DNA of 63,578 bases, counting the filler, from Octopus bimaculoides (Eukaryota): assembly GCF_001194135.2 (NCBI RefSeq). It is 8 parts of 8 records of this genome, joined end to end, with 100 filler letters (N's around TTAATTAATTAA, not from the genome) between each part and the next. Parts side by side here need not be neighbours in the genome. Positions count along the whole stretch, not along the records: positions 24,262 to 52,741 come from NC_068996.1; positions 52,842 to 56,297 come from NC_069000.1; positions 56,398 to 60,206 come from NC_068984.1; positions 60,307 to 61,881 come from NW_026395554.1; positions 61,982 to 63,578 come from NC_068991.1; 3 more parts are not named here. One strand, given 5' to 3'. The translations under genes and the position numbers were made by a program. Below the pieces are notes generated by a model. The model had not been told where the DNA came from. It saw only the letters and a program-made list of their open reading frames with translations, and ran no database searches. Positions 49,524-62,665 of this stretch are shown here, in pieces (the stretch's first letter is position 1; each line of letters starts with the position of its first letter).

Positions 49524-51857
49524 CTTAAATAATATTCCCACAAATGTTATTTCCAGAACTTTTAGCTTTAACATGTACCTCACATCAATACAACTTCAAA
49601 TCAGATTGTTATAGTAGCAGATATGCTTCAAGTGCACTCAGGAATTCATGCGGTAGAACCAGTGGCATTTATAACAAAATTGTGAATGACATCAGTTAGC
49701 AATAGACAGTGAATTTGCTCACACCTCCGTTCTAAACTTTCTTTGATAATAACTAAGATTGAATTATTGAGATGTATTAAAGTATGTTCTAAACATGAGT
49801 CCATATTGACGTCAAACAGTAATCACTACAATGCCAATACAAAGTGGGTCATGAATAAATATTGGTAAATATGCATGGGTTATGATAAATATCGATATTG
49901 ATTCAAATCCATACGTTGTTTTTGTTTAGCTCCGAGGGACCTCAGACCTATCATTCCAGCTTTGAATACTCTCCCCATACTCTTTCATTTTGAAATACAG
50001 TATTAAATGGTTTCCTGATCTCTTCTAAAGACAGTACAGTGGATTTGAGGAAATTTTGGCTACTACAGGTCTGCTTATCCACATGTGCTTTGTCCTACTA
50101 TGAAAGTAGACCTGGGAATTCTGAACAATTGGTCAATAGCAACAAAAATCGCTTTGAGTCCCATCCTAAGAACAAAAGGCCTTCATGAGTGCAATTTCAG
50201 ATCGGCTTCAAAGACAGGTGGATGACTTATTACATTTAATTATCTACAACTCGCTCTGCATTGGCACTGTAATCAGTATCTATATAATAGTCGACTTCTT
50301 CCTGCTTTGTGTTTAATTGTGAATAGTGTGCAGTTGGCGAGGCTAAATAATTTTTCTTGCTTGTCACTTCATAAAACTGTTAATGGATAATATAAGCAGC
50401 AGAAAATATTTACTCAAGTTAGAGATGCTGTTCTACAGTGTTCGACCATCAGAAATATTTTATTGCCGAACGTAGCAAATAAAAATAACGAGTACTCATA
50501 CCAGTGAATTATACTTTGAAAATCACGCACATATCTTTCTGCAGGTTCATGAGAAATAATTTTCTAATTGAAATGATAACGATTAGATATTTTCAGACAG
50601 CCTGATATATTTAGAAACATTGAAATCACTATCTTCGTTGGGGTACTGGAGTAGCAGTTTACACAATTGTTGAGCATGCTTAAAATATTTATTGGGAATT
50701 GGATACATGTTTATATCATTAATTTTCTAAAAGCTATTGAGGAAATTTTGGAATTTATATCAAAATGAAATTTTTATTTGGTTTGCTCTGAAGATAGTAC
50801 TCACTAGCGTTTACTTATTAAAATGTGATTAACTATATCATTGATCAATTTAGTAACTAGGTTTTAATCCGAAATGTTTGAGAAATTGCCTGTTTAGTGT
50901 TAAAAATTATCAAAACTAAAATTTCTGTTCTACCAATCCCGCTTTGTTGCAGATTTATTAATTTATATTTAAGAGTCGTCAGTGACATATTCTTATGCTG
51001 TTAAAACGTCATGCATGATTCATTTTAAAGTAAAGTTTCTACTTTATCATTCATTTTTAGGTGGCATATAATGCATTTGCTTCTGAATCACTTGTATAAG
51101 TACTAGTGTTTGTTGCTTTATAATCAATAGTAATATTGTAGAAGAGATATCTACAGAACGGGTAAATATCAGCTTCGGACACGTTTTAAATATTATTTGA
51201 AGAAATATGCATATGTTTAGAAATGCTAATTTTCTCGAACCCTTGTGTAATATGCCATGAAGTTTGTTGCCGATCCATCAAAAGTTAGTATAACGCAGCA
51301 GTTCAGATTAAATGCGTTTCACTTTGAATACATAGGGTCGCGTTTACAGCATTTGAAGTCAGACATACTTCTTCGGTGGTATCTATGTTCTCTTTTTGGT
51401 CACCAAACAAATCTCGTTGACAAATACTAGTCTATTGTTAAATAATGATAAAATGTCGAGAAACATAGTCCAAATAAGCAAAATATATATTATAAGTCAG
51501 GGTACAATATGAACCTGTTTGCTTGAGAGAAGAATAAATGCCTCCAAAACTACGTATCTCTCGCTATATGTAAACACGCACAGAAAATGTAGCAAATAGA
51601 TTTAGAAAAACGGTTCTTCCAGTTTGTAAATCTACAAACAGAAGGGTAGATATCCCAGTGTATATTTACCTTTCTAAATGTATTTGCTACATTCTCCGTG
51701 CTTGTTTATATGTGTATATTTCAGTGTATATGTATATATGAGTATGTATATAATGTGTATATATATTATATATATATAGATAGATAAATAGGTAGATAGA
51801 TAGATAGATACATACATACATACATACATACATACATACATACATACATACATACAT

Positions 51858-52740
51858 ACAAGGTGCGGTGAACAAACTGTCGTCTAAATTACGCAAAAAT
51901 GAAAATAACACTGACATCTCATTTTTACAGATGTATTTACCAAAATTATATAAAAATATCTTGAAATACTAAAAAGTAAATTTATTCAATAAAATCGCCG
52001 TTAGCTTCAAACACGGCCTCCAGATGATTTCGAAATCTCCTTAAACACTTCTGGACGGTAACCTTGTTTAAGATGGTGAATATTGCCATAATCCTTGCCT
52101 TCAGTTCAACTCTGGTGCTACAAGTTGTGTTGGTCTCTCGTTCAACTGCGCACCACACATAATAATGTAAGGGTTGCAGTGTGGGAAGTTAGGTGCTCAG
52201 AGGTTAGGAGTGATGTGGTCACAGAAATTGTCTGACAGCCATGACTGTGTTCTCCTGCTTGTGTGGCATGATGCAGAGTCTTGTTGCTAGACATAGGATC
52301 TTCCAGCAGCCACCCACTTGACCCAGGGCAGCACTACCTCTTCCAAGCACTTGACGTGGGCTTCAGTGTTGAGTCTGGGGCCGTGTGGGAAGATGAATGA
52401 GGCACAACATCGCCATCACTAGTGATCACTCCAAACAGTGTGATGTTGACTGGATGTTTAATTTTTATCATTCAGGGTACATATGTTTTTGGGACACGGC
52501 AAACCAACGATTGTTTTGTATGTTCGCCATCTATTTATACTGGAGTTTGCGGCGCGAATATCGAGCAATACAGCATGTCGTTTCCAAATTTCTGGCAGAG
52601 TGAATTGCGTCATCTAGCTGTTTATCTCACAGACGGTGCCCAATTGACCCTACTATACAGTGTAGTCGACAAAATCTAAAAGAAACAATGCGCTAAATCA
52701 AAAACATAAAACGGCGACAATTTACCCATCGCACACTGTT
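51858..52740 (-). mobile_element. Tc1/mariner maT-like (DD37D-type) transposon, internally deleted
   Basis: Minus strand QQDSASCHTSRRTQSWLSDNFCDHITPN..PHCNP (cf. QQDSAPxH..WPPNSPDCNPLDY); imperfect TIRs at both ends. Confidence 0.75.
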
Positions 52741-52841
52741 TNNNNNNNNNNNNNNNNNNNNNNNNNNNNNNNNNNNNNNNNNNNNTTAATTAATTAANNN
52801 NNNNNNNNNNNNNNNNNNNNNNNNNNNNNNNNNNNNNNNNN

Positions 52842-53120
52842 GCCTTGTGAGTGGATTTGGTAGACGGAAACTGAAAGAAGCCCGTCATATATATGTATAT
52901 ATATATGTATGTGTGTTTGTATGTCTGTGTTTGTCCCCCACCATTGCTTGACAACCGATGCTGGTGTGTTTATGTCCCCGTAACTTAGCGGTTCGGCAAA
53001 AGAGACTGATAGAATAAGTACTAGGCTTACAAAGAATAAGTCCTGGGGTCGATTTGTTCGACTAAAGGCAGTGCTCTAGCATGGTCGCAGTCAAATGACT
53101 GAAACAAGTAAAAGAGAGTA
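52842..53120 (+). mobile_element. SINE family B, nearly complete from the central domain to the tail
   Basis: GCCTTGTGAGTGGATTTGGTAGACGGAAACTGAAAGAAGCCCGTC..CAGTCAAATGACTGAAACAAGTAAAAGAG. Confidence 0.85.
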
Positions 53121-53149
53121 AAAGGGAGAGTATATATCATCATCATCAC

Positions 53150-53560
53150 CATCATTATCGTTTAACATCCATCTTCCATGCATGCATGGATAGGATGGTT
53201 GACAGGAGCCAACCAAGTAGAAAAACTACCCTGGGTTACTGTGTCTGTTTTGGCAGGACTTTTACGGCTGGATGTCCTCTCTAACACCAATCACTTTACA
53301 GAGTGTACTGGATGTGTTTTATGTGGCACTAGCACAGGCGAGGTCGAGGTTGGTTTTGGCATAATTTTTGCAGCTAGATGCCCTTCCAAATGCCAACCAC
53401 TTTACAGTGTGGACTGCATGCTTTTTATGTGGTGTTTCCATCTACCAAATTCACTCAAAAGGCATTGATTAACTCAGTGCTATAATAGAAGACAATTGCC
53501 CAAGGTGTTGCACAGTGGAGATTGAACTCAAAACCACCTGATTGCAAAGCAAACTTATTA
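53150..53560 (-). mobile_element. SINE-like repeat (family D body with a family-B-like head)
   Basis: TTTAACATCCATCTTCCATGC..TACGGCTGGATGTCCT..; similar to 54885-55470; ends in CCCAAGGTG..GTGGAGATTGAACTC. Confidence 0.55.
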
Positions 53561-53804
53561 ACTATACAACCATGCTTTTGTTGGCTTCACACATTACATA
53601 AGCTATTTTTAAAACTGTTATAAGCTTCCCTGGATGTAAAGGCTTTAGTTTGTTGAGAAAACACTCAAAGTAGCTTTTCCATGTTGATTTACATTCAGTT
53701 AAAAGTCGAGCTGTGAGATATAAACAGTGACCTGATGCTTGCAGTTTTATTCTGTTCAAATAAATTATTTATGTCAAACTTAAAAATATGCATATTTTAT
53801 CTTT

Positions 53805-53990
53805 TATCTTTTACTTGTTTTAGTCATTAGACAGCAGCCACACTGGGGCACTACGTTGAGGAATTTTTACTGAAATGAATCAATCCCAGTACTTTTTTTT
53901 TTTAAAGCCTGATATTTTTTCTATCAGTCTCTATTACCGAACTGCTAGATTACAGGGATGTAAGCACACCAACACCAGTTGTCAAGCAGT
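53805..53990 (-). mobile_element. SINE family B tail
   Basis: TTACTTGTTTTAGTCATTAGACAGCAGCC..ACCGAACTGCTAGATTACAGGGATGTAAG. Confidence 0.7.
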
Positions 53991-54848
53991 TTAAATATCT
54001 GTAAAACTGTTGAGTGTATGGGGTTCAGAATTATGTGTATATGATACTGTAATTTTTTTNNNNNNNNNNNNNNNNNNNNNNNNNNNNNNNNNNNNNNNNN
54101 NNNNNNNNNNNNNNNNNNNNNNNNNNNNNNNNNNNNNNNNNNNNNNNNNNNNNNNNNNNNNNNNNNNNNNNNNNNNNNNNNNNNNNNNNNNNNNNNNNNN
54201 NNNNNNNNNNNNNNNNNNNNNNNNNNNNNNNNNNNNNNNNNNNNNNNNNNNNNNNNNNNNNNNNNNNNNNNNNNNNNNNNNNNNNNNNNNNNNNNNNNNN
54301 NNNNNNNNNNNNNNNNNNNNNNNNNNNNNNNNNNNNNNNNNNNNNNNNNNNNNNNNNNNNNNNNNNNNNNNNNNNNNNNNNNNNNNNNNNNNNNNNNNNN
54401 NNNNNNNNNNNNNNNNNNNNNNNNNNNNNNNNNNNNNNNNNNNNNNNNNNNNNNNNNNNNNNNNNNNNNNNNNNNNNNNNNNNNNNNNNNNNNNNNNNNN
54501 NNNNNNNNNNNNNNNNNNNNNNNNNNNNNNNNNNNNNNNNNNNNNNNNNNNNNNNNNNNNNNNNNNNNNNNNNNNNNNNNNNNNNNNNNNNNNNNNNNNN
54601 NNNNNNNNNNNNNNNNNNNNNNNNNNNNNNNNNNNNNNNNNNNNNNNNNNNNNNNNNNNNNNNNNNNNNNNNNNNNNNNNNNNNNNNNNNNNNNNNNNNN
54701 NNNNNNNNNNNNNNNNNNNNNNNNNNNNNNNNNNNNNNNNNNNNNNNNNNNNNNNNNNNNNNNNNNNNNNNNNNNNNNNNNNNNNNAAGATGACAGTCAA
54801 ATCTCCCCCAGATCATACTCTACTACAAATGTAGACAATCACCATCAC

Positions 54849-54884
<36 letters not shown>

Positions 54885-54890
<6 letters not shown>

Positions 54891-55470
54891 TGTCATTGCT
54901 TAAAGTCTGCTTTCCATGCTGACATGGGTTGACTGAGGACTGGCAAGCTGGGAGGCTGCACCAGGCTCCAATCCAATTTAGCAAGGTTCCTACAGCTGGA
55001 TGCCCTTCCGAATGCCAAACACTCCAAAAGTGTAGTGGGTGCTTATACATATCACTGGCACAGGAGCCAGTCAGGCTGCACTGGCATCAGCCATGCTCGA
55101 ATGGTGCTTTTTATGTGCCACCGGCACAGGTGCCAGTCAGGTGACACTGGCATCAGTCACACTTGAATGGCTCTTTTTATGTGCCACCAGCATGGGTGCC
55201 AGTTAGGCATCACTGGCATCAGCTACGTTCAACAGGTCTTCTCAAGCACATCATATTGCCCAACAATTGAGGGGTGCCTTTAATTGGGTCAGTTATGCTT
55301 TTAATTGGGTCACTGGCATCAGCTATGACTATGATATCACTTGGCTTGCTGGCTCTTCTCAAGCACAGCATATCTCCAAATCTCTCAGTTGCTTGCCATT
55401 ACCTCTGTGAAGCCCAGCGTTCGAAGGTTGTGCTTCACCAGCACATCCCACGTCCTCCTGGGTCTACCAT
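54885..55470. mobile_element. SINE-like repeat (family D) with an internal ~65-bp tandem repeat
   Basis: GTCTGCTTTCCATGCTG..GCTGGATGCCCTTCC..; repeated GTGCCACCGGCACAGGTGCCAGTCAGG..CACTGGCATCAG units. Confidence 0.55.
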
Positions 55471-55484
55471 GCTGTTGTTTATTA

Positions 55485-55611
55485 CAGGGTGTCCACAAAG
55501 TCTGGGTGCATGTGGATTAACACATACTTTAAGAAATTATTATTTTTTATATTTAATTGTTTATGTTATGATTTTATTTACTCCATGTACCCAGACCTTG
55601 TGGACACCCTG
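55485..55611. mobile_element. 127-bp Tc1/mariner-type MITE
   Basis: TIRs CAGGGTGTCCACAAAGTCTGGGTGCATG / CATGTACCCAGACCTTGTGGACACCCTG, flanked by TA. Confidence 0.85.
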
Positions 55612-55713
55612 TAGAATTAATGCTCTTTGAGACCCAGTTAAAAAAAAAAGGAATTTTTTTCCTGTTCCCTTGAATGTTTCTAAATTATTGTGCCACCAAC
55701 AACATCTCTCCCC

Positions 55714-55748
<35 letters not shown>

Positions 55749-55956
55749 TCTACTTGTCCTCACAGGATATATAGTATATCCTGTATGGACAAGTATATGC
55801 ATAACTGCTACTGGAGATTTGAGAGCACCACCTACTGTACCACCAGACAATCTACTTCCGGTAAAGAGTTGTGGTCACTAACTGTACTTAGCAGTTTTAT
55901 TGGTTGTGATTAACAGACCAAATATAGGAAAAATTATAATAAACACTGCTATTTTT

Positions 55957-56297
55957 ATCATTTGTTCCGCCTGGATTACTGCTCACAGTTGTGGTCTCCC
56001 ACCAGTCTGAAATTAACAGCAGACCTTGAAGCAATCCAGAGGAGATTCACAAAGAAGATTGTCTCTTTGCAACTGCTCAGCTACTGGGAAAGGCTGAAAC
56101 AGCTAAGACTCTACTCCCTGGAGAGAAGGCGGGAGAGGTATGCAGTAATATACATCTGGAAGATCCTGGAAGGAATTGTGCCAAATTTTGGCATTGAAAG
56201 CTACACCAATGCCAGAACGGGACGACACTGCATAGTGCCAAAGATTCCAGCAATGCCATCGCGCTTCAGGACCAGTTACTGCAACAGCTTGGGATTC
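55957..56297 (+). mobile_element. CR1-clade LINE RT C-terminal fragment
   Basis: RLDYCSQLWSP..LEAIQRRFTKKI..SYWERLKQLRLYSLERRRER..KIL. Confidence 0.85.
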
Positions 56298-56397
56298 NNN
56301 NNNNNNNNNNNNNNNNNNNNNNNNNNNNNNNNNNNNNNNNNTTAATTAATTAANNNNNNNNNNNNNNNNNNNNNNNNNNNNNNNNNNNNNNNNNNNN

Positions 56398-56648
56398 AAC
56401 AATTCTTATCATAGTAGGCGCCTTAGGTATGATAAAAAAATATTTAGACAAATACATAACAAAAACACCAGGACTTACAAATATATATAACATACAGAAA
56501 ATTGCACTACTGGGCACTGCACGCATCCTACGCAAAACACTTTCAATACAGTAACCATAAGAGCATCACAGCAAGCCACAGCACATACCTAAGGCACACA
56601 GAGCTGCGCTCGGTAGTGAAGTGATAGCACGTTATAAAAATAAAACTA

Positions 56649-56710
<62 letters not shown>
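56398..56710 (+). mobile_element. R4/Dong-type 3' end with (AAT)n tail
   Basis: IVGALGMIKK..IQKIALLGTARILRKTL*, short 3' UTR, then (AAT)n. Confidence 0.8.
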
Positions 56711-56711
<1 letters not shown>

Positions 56712-57056
56712 CTTTTCTATTATAGGCAAAGGGTCTGGATTTTGTGGGGATGGAGACAGTCGAGCACATCGATTCCAGTACTTGACCGGTACTTAATTTA
56801 TCGACCCCAAACCGATGAAAGGTAAAATCGACTTCGGCGGAATTTGAACTCAGATTAATAATAATAATCCTTTCTAATAAAGGCACAAAGTCTGAAATTT
56901 GCTGGGAAGGGACTAGACGATACTTAATTTATCAACCCTGAAAGGATGAAAGGCAAAGTCAACCTCGGCGGAATTTGAAATCAGAACATATAGACGGACG
57001 AAATGCTGCTAAGCACTTTGTCCGGCGTGCTAACGATTCTACCAGCTCGTTGCCTT
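56711..57056 (-). mobile_element. Two adjacent SINE family A copies separated by (AAT)n
   Basis: Two TACTTAATTTATC(G/A)ACCC..ATGAAAGG..GGCGGAATTTGAA blocks. Confidence 0.75.
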
Positions 57057-58199
57057 AACAACAACCACAACTACAACAACAACAACGACGACGACGACGA
57101 CAATCACAACAGCAGTAATAATANNNNNNNNNNNNNNNNNNNNNNNNNNNNNNNNNNNNNNNNNNNNNNNNNNNNNNNNNNNNNNNNNNNNNNNNNNNNN
57201 NNNNNNNNNNNNNNNNNNNNNNNNNNNNNNNNNNNNNNNNNNNNNNNNNNNNNNNNNNNNNNNNNNNNNNNNNNNNNNNNNNNNNNNNNNNNNNNNNNNN
57301 NNNNNNNNNNNNNNNNNNNNNNNNNNNNNNNNNNNNNNNNNNNNNNNNNNNNNNNNNNNNNNNNNNNNNNNNNNNNNNNNNNNNNNNNNNNNNNNNNNNN
57401 NNNNNNNNNNNNNNNNNNNNNNNNNNNNNNNNNNNNNNNNNNNNNNNNNNNNNNNNNNNNNNNNNNNNNNNNNNNNNNNNNNNNNNNNNNNNNNNNNNNN
57501 NNNNNNNNNNNNNNNNNNNNNNNNNNNNNNNNNNNNNNNNNNNNNNNNNNNNNNNNNNNNNNNNNNNNNNNNNNNNNNNNNNNNNNNNNNNNNNNNNNNN
57601 NNNNNNNNNNNNNNNNNNNNNNNNNNNNNNNNNNNNNNNNNNNNNNNNNNNNNNNNNNNNNNNNNNNNNNNNNNNNNNNNNNNNNNNNNNNNNNNNNNNN
57701 NNNNNNNNNNNNNNNNNNNNNNNNNNNNNNNNNNNNNNNNNNNNNNNNNNNNNNNNNNNNNNNNNNNNNNNNNNNNNNNNNNNNNNNNNNNNNNNNNNNN
57801 NNNNNNNNNNNNNNNNNNNNNNNNNNNNNNNNNNNNNNNNNNNNNNNNNNNNNNNNNNNNNNNNNNNACCACCACCACCACCACCGCCATCTTTATAACC
57901 ATACTGATCAACTGAGACATGGTGATGTTTCTTTATCATCAACAGTGGAAGTTTTATAAATCTGGAATATTCTGGATTTTGGTCAGAACAAGATTGTGGT
58001 TGTGTGTTGGAGAAGGAATGTAATCTGTGACGTAATACATCGAGATTAGCAGATAATCTGGTGTTGCTTAGCAACGGTGGGATCTATGGGAGTCTTCAAT
58101 GGCAGACTTAATGTTTTAGTGGAAGTCATGTTTTTACCTTCATCTCTTTTTGTTTTACTCCACATCAATAGTTGAGGCTGTTACACCGAGTCTCTTATT

Positions 58200-59050
58200 G
58201 ATCTAGGCGCGAGCGTGTGTGTGTGAGTGTATATATGTACATATATGTGTGTGTGTGTGTGTGTAAGAGTGCGTGTGTAAGAATGTGTGTATTTGTGTTG
58301 TACGTGAGTGATGTGCACGTGAATGATGTGTGTGAGAGAGTGATGTGTATGTTGAACGTGTATGTGTGTGTGACTGTGTGTATGTGTGTGTGTATCTGCG
58401 CGAGAGAATGTGTATGTTGGTGCTGGTGTGTGTATGTAAGTGTGCATGTGTGTGTGTGTGTGTGTGTGTGTCTGCGTCTGTGTGTGTACGTGTATATGTG
58501 TGTGAGACGGAGAGAAAGAAAGAGGGAAAGAGGGAAAGAGGGAGAGAGAAAGAGGTAGAGAGAAAGAGGGAGAGGGAGAAATAAAAAGAAAGAGCAAAAG
58601 AGAGAGAGAGAGAGAGAGAATGCTGCGTGTGGTGTGTATGTATGTGTTAGCCAAAAGTGAGTGATGTACTACGTGAGTGCTGTGCGTGTTGTGTGTGCAC
58701 ATGTGTGCGTTGTGTGCACATGTGAGTGCGTGTGAGTGTAGTGTCTGTGTGTGTTTGTATGTTTTTGTGTGTCTTTGTGTGTGTGTGTGTATGTGTATGC
58801 GTGTATGTGTATGCGTGTGTGTTTTTGTGTGTGCGTGTTTGTGTATGTGTTATTGATGTATATGTGTTAGTGTTGCGTATGCATAAATAGTGCTTTTTTT
58901 CAGAGTGTTATGCGTGAACGTGTGTGAGTGCAATATATGAGTGATGTGTGTATGAGTGTGTCTGTGTGAGTGTGTTCAAGAGTGAGTTTTACGTGAGTTT
59001 GAGTGCGTGTGTGCGTGTGTGAGGGCGCGTGCGTGCTAGTGTGTATTGCG
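58200..59050. repeat. Extended (TG)n and (GA)-rich compound microsatellite
   Basis: Direct inspection. Confidence 0.9.
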
Positions 59051-59099
59051 TATCATCGTTGTATATATTTGAGGTTATTATCATATAAGAAATAATTGC

Positions 59100-59800
59100 A
59101 TCCTTGGTTCGTTGTTGCCTCCGTGGGCGATAGGGACAAAAGTATGGAAAAAAACCGTATTGCGGAGAGTCACCGTGGATTCACAGTTCCTTATGATCCC
59201 TCAAGACCAAACTGGTGCTATATCCAGTTTCAGGAGCAAAAGCGAAGGGCATAAGATTAATGGTGCCAAGACAAAAGCCGAGTTATAACTGCAGTCGTAG
59301 AAACCACTTGAGGGTTTTTGCTCTGAAGAACTGGAGAAGCAAAAAAAAAAAAAAAACGGTAACTGGAGGAGGGCGACGGACCCTAATATTCAAAGTATGA
59401 CCGATCGTTGCTCCGGTGATTCCAGTAGCTTCGTCATTTGTACAACCCCGCAGGTAGCCAGATAACTGGCCTCACCCAAGAGCCCAAAACAGGATGACGA
59501 TGAGGACCCTCTACCAGTAGCAGAGCCATCATTGTCTCGTGGTGAGCAGAAGGGGGGGGGGAATAAAAGAAAAAAACAGAAATTATATCCGAAAAGGAAA
59601 TGTGGACCTTAACAAATCAATAAAAGGATTAAGTATCCCCCTTTCTCACAACAAGTCCGTGCGGTTCGCAGACGTGTTGCTTAGTAACGAGAATGTAATG
59701 TTTGATTTAGAAAACGGAATAATTCCAACGCTCGACTGAGAGAATTTTTAATTTAGTTCTCACCAATACGCCACAACTATTTCATGGAAGCTGAATCCAA
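59100..59800 (+). mobile_element. Probable Tx1/L1-like ORF1 remnant
   Basis: KINGA..RVITAVVE resembles KMII..RIIAAVII of copy-2 ORF1 (36050-36120); frameshifted. Confidence 0.35.
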
Positions 59801-59884
59801 GCACTCTGGAAACTTCTCTAATTTGTTCAACTCAAAAAAATTTCCACAACAGAACACAGTGACAGAAGTGGCTATGCACCTAAG

Positions 59885-59889
59885 TTAGA

Positions 59890-59924
<35 letters not shown>

Positions 59925-60206
59925 TTATTATTATTATTATTATTATTCTACAGTTACTTGTTATGTTTCTTTTCATTATATGTTTTTGGTAATTTCTGGT
60001 GGGGAGGCTTTGGTCTTGTGCAGCAATTAAAAATCCTTCAGCCTCTGCTTTGAGTCCTGAGCGTCTCAGCCATTGCTGGGATTTTTCTCTGTCTATTTCT
60101 TTTGCATTTAGTTTAGCCCAGTATTTACCATGTAGGGGCTTTTCTTGCCACCGTTTTATCATGGTCCGTTGCTGTTCTAGTTTTAGTTTGAATTTCATTT
60201 GTTTTA
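59885..60206 (-). mobile_element. R4/Dong-type fragment ending in (ATT)n
   Basis: RWQEKPLHGKYW..SQQWLRRSGLKAEAEGFLIAAQDQSLPTRNY..NCR. Confidence 0.85.
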
Positions 60207-61404
60207 NNNNNNNNNNNNNNNNNNNNNNNNNNNNNNNNNNNNNNNNNNNNTTAATTAATTAANNNNNNNNNNNNNNNNNNNNNNNNNNNNNNNNNNNNNN
60301 NNNNNNACACACACACACACACACATGCATGCATGCACATGCATACATACATACAGGCATACATACATACATGCATTCATACATACATGCATATATACAT
60401 ACGTACATACATACATACATGTGTAAAAACATACATACATGCATGCATACACACATACATATATACACACGTGCACACATACATGTATATACACACACAC
60501 GTGCGTGTATGCATATGCATGTGTTGAGAGTGTGTGTGTTTATGTGAATGTTGAGAGAGTGTGTGTGTGTGTGTATGCGTATGTTGAGAGAGAGTGTGTG
60601 TTTGTATGTGTGTGTGTGTTTGTGTGTACGTGTTGACCTTGATCAAGATTGCTCTCAACTCCTTTTGCATAAGTGAAATATCTAAATCTGTCTGTGAGCC
60701 AGTCGGACATTGCCGATCGCCCTTACTGAGACAAAAGAAAAGAAGAAAGAAATCCTGTTCACAGCAGCCCTTTGCATCTTGTTTCTGGACCAGGGGACAA
60801 ACTCTGTCCTTAAACAAGATACTTCACTTCACATTGCTTCCATTCTCAACGAATGCCAGTGCGGGCCTCTTTCTGCCATCAGCTGTCGCATTCTTGACGT
60901 TTTGCTTCGTCGAGGCTGGGAAGATCCTAAGAGCGTTTATGTCTGCACGCGACTACACAGGCATCTGATGAAGTTACTGAAAGCGTGGCACATATTACAG
61001 TCATCCTCGATTTCAAATGACGACCGCTTAGTAATGTGTGTGTATATGTATTTGTGTGTGCATGTATGCGTGTATGTGTGTGTGTGTGTAACGAAACGTT
61101 AGTGCTAAGCAGTGATTAGGCACAAGCAAAATTTAGTTTAGTTGAAATATGTCTGTGATGTATTTCGACTACTAAAAGGCAAACACTGTGCAGTTACCGT
61201 GGAGAATATATCTCTCTTAAGGCAAAAACTTGTGAAGACACCCGGTTCGTTCAGTATCACCATCTATTAGGAATCTCAGACGTCGATGTTTCAAGCTTCT
61301 TGGCTCTTCTCAATGAGATGTACCTAAGGGGGGCAATTCTGAATGAACTTATAAAGCAATAGCTTCAAGTATTATTCAGTCAACAACGTCTAATAATTTG
61401 CTCT

Positions 61405-61575
61405 ACAAGATCGCTGGAGCACCGCCTTAATGGTTGTTAGTGCAAGAAATCGACCCCAGAACTTATTCTTTGTAAACCTAGTACTTATTCTATCGATCCC
61501 ATTTACCGAACCGCTAAGTTACGAGGACGTGAACACACCAGTACTGGTTGTCAAGTGATGGCGGGGGAAAACACG

Positions 61576-61610
<35 letters not shown>

Positions 61611-61760
61611 GTATATAAATGTACGACGGGCTTCTTTCAGTTTCCGTCTATCAAATCTACTCTCAAGGGTTTGGTCGACTTGAAGCTATGCTAGAAAACA
61701 TTTGCCAAAAATGTCATGCAGTGGGACTGAACCTGGAACCATGTGGTTGCGAAACAAGCC
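61405..61760 (-). mobile_element. SINE family B, near full length
   Basis: Tail, (CA)n spacer and head GACGGGCTTCTTTCAGTTTCCGTCT..GTGGGACTGAACC all present. Confidence 0.85.
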
Positions 61761-62099
61761 TATATGTATATATATATATATATACATATAAAAACCTTAT
61801 AATATAAATATAAACTGTGAGAACGACCCTTAAGGAATCTAGTTAATGATCCCCTAAGGTAAGTTCTTATGCTATATTGTTNNNNNNNNNNNNNNNNNNN
61901 NNNNNNNNNNNNNNNNNNNNNNNNNTTAATTAATTAANNNNNNNNNNNNNNNNNNNNNNNNNNNNNNNNNNNNNNNNNNNNATATATATATATATACATT
62001 TTTTGTGGATGAGAAGGCAAACGCTCTTGAGACGAATAATTCTTATCACTAACATGTTCTGGTTGTGTGGGCATTTACCGTGCCCGTGTAGGTATATGC

Positions 62100-62665
62100 A
62101 TTTGATCAATTTATACCAAGACCAAAGAAGGCCTTATCAACAAACAATACGCCATATGAGTCCAAGAACAAACTACAGATGACCAATGTGATCTGCAAAC
62201 TTTGAAGGCAAAACTGAATGCTGTAAACTTCAGGATACTAGTTGTTATACTGGTCAGACCAGTACAACACAGTGGCGTAGGCTCACCATGCATCTGCAGC
62301 ATGGAGCTATTGCACAACATTACATCACGAATAAACAACGAAATTATATAGAAAAATACTGGAAGAAAATACACACTTTATAAAAGTCTACAGAAAATAG
62401 AAGACTAATTATGGAAATCAAGCACGTATCGTAATACAATTCCAAAATCACCAGGCAAACACAAATCAAGAAATTAAGTCGTAGCTGCAGGCGTTAGTGT
62501 AACAAATCAAGGTTTGACTGCGACAAACAAATCAACACGTGACTGGTGAGGTATAATGCAAACGGTCAACAAACTTCGACGGGAGTGTCAACGCAAATTT
62601 AATCTGTATATGAGAAACACACAAACATCAAAATGAAACTCTGAAGCACTAGAAACGTTGGACAC
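62100..62665 (+). mobile_element. Penelope-like GIY-YIG fragment plus pLTR remnant
   Basis: TNVIC..ECCKLQDTSCYTGQTSTTQWRRLTMHLQHGAIAQH (YxGqT..RL..H pattern); GAAACGTTGGA at ~62652. Confidence 0.6.

Noticed and set aside
57955-58030. Exon-like block GSFINLEYSGFWSEQDCGCVLEKEC as the next SPRY exon
   Set aside because: It does not match the expected L[YF]xG..GDxxGCG[IV] spacing and has no convincing donor.
60965-60992. CTGATGA-AGTTACT-GAAA hammerhead-like core
   Set aside because: Stem II is only 2 bp, the cleavage triplet would end in G, and stem I does not pair.
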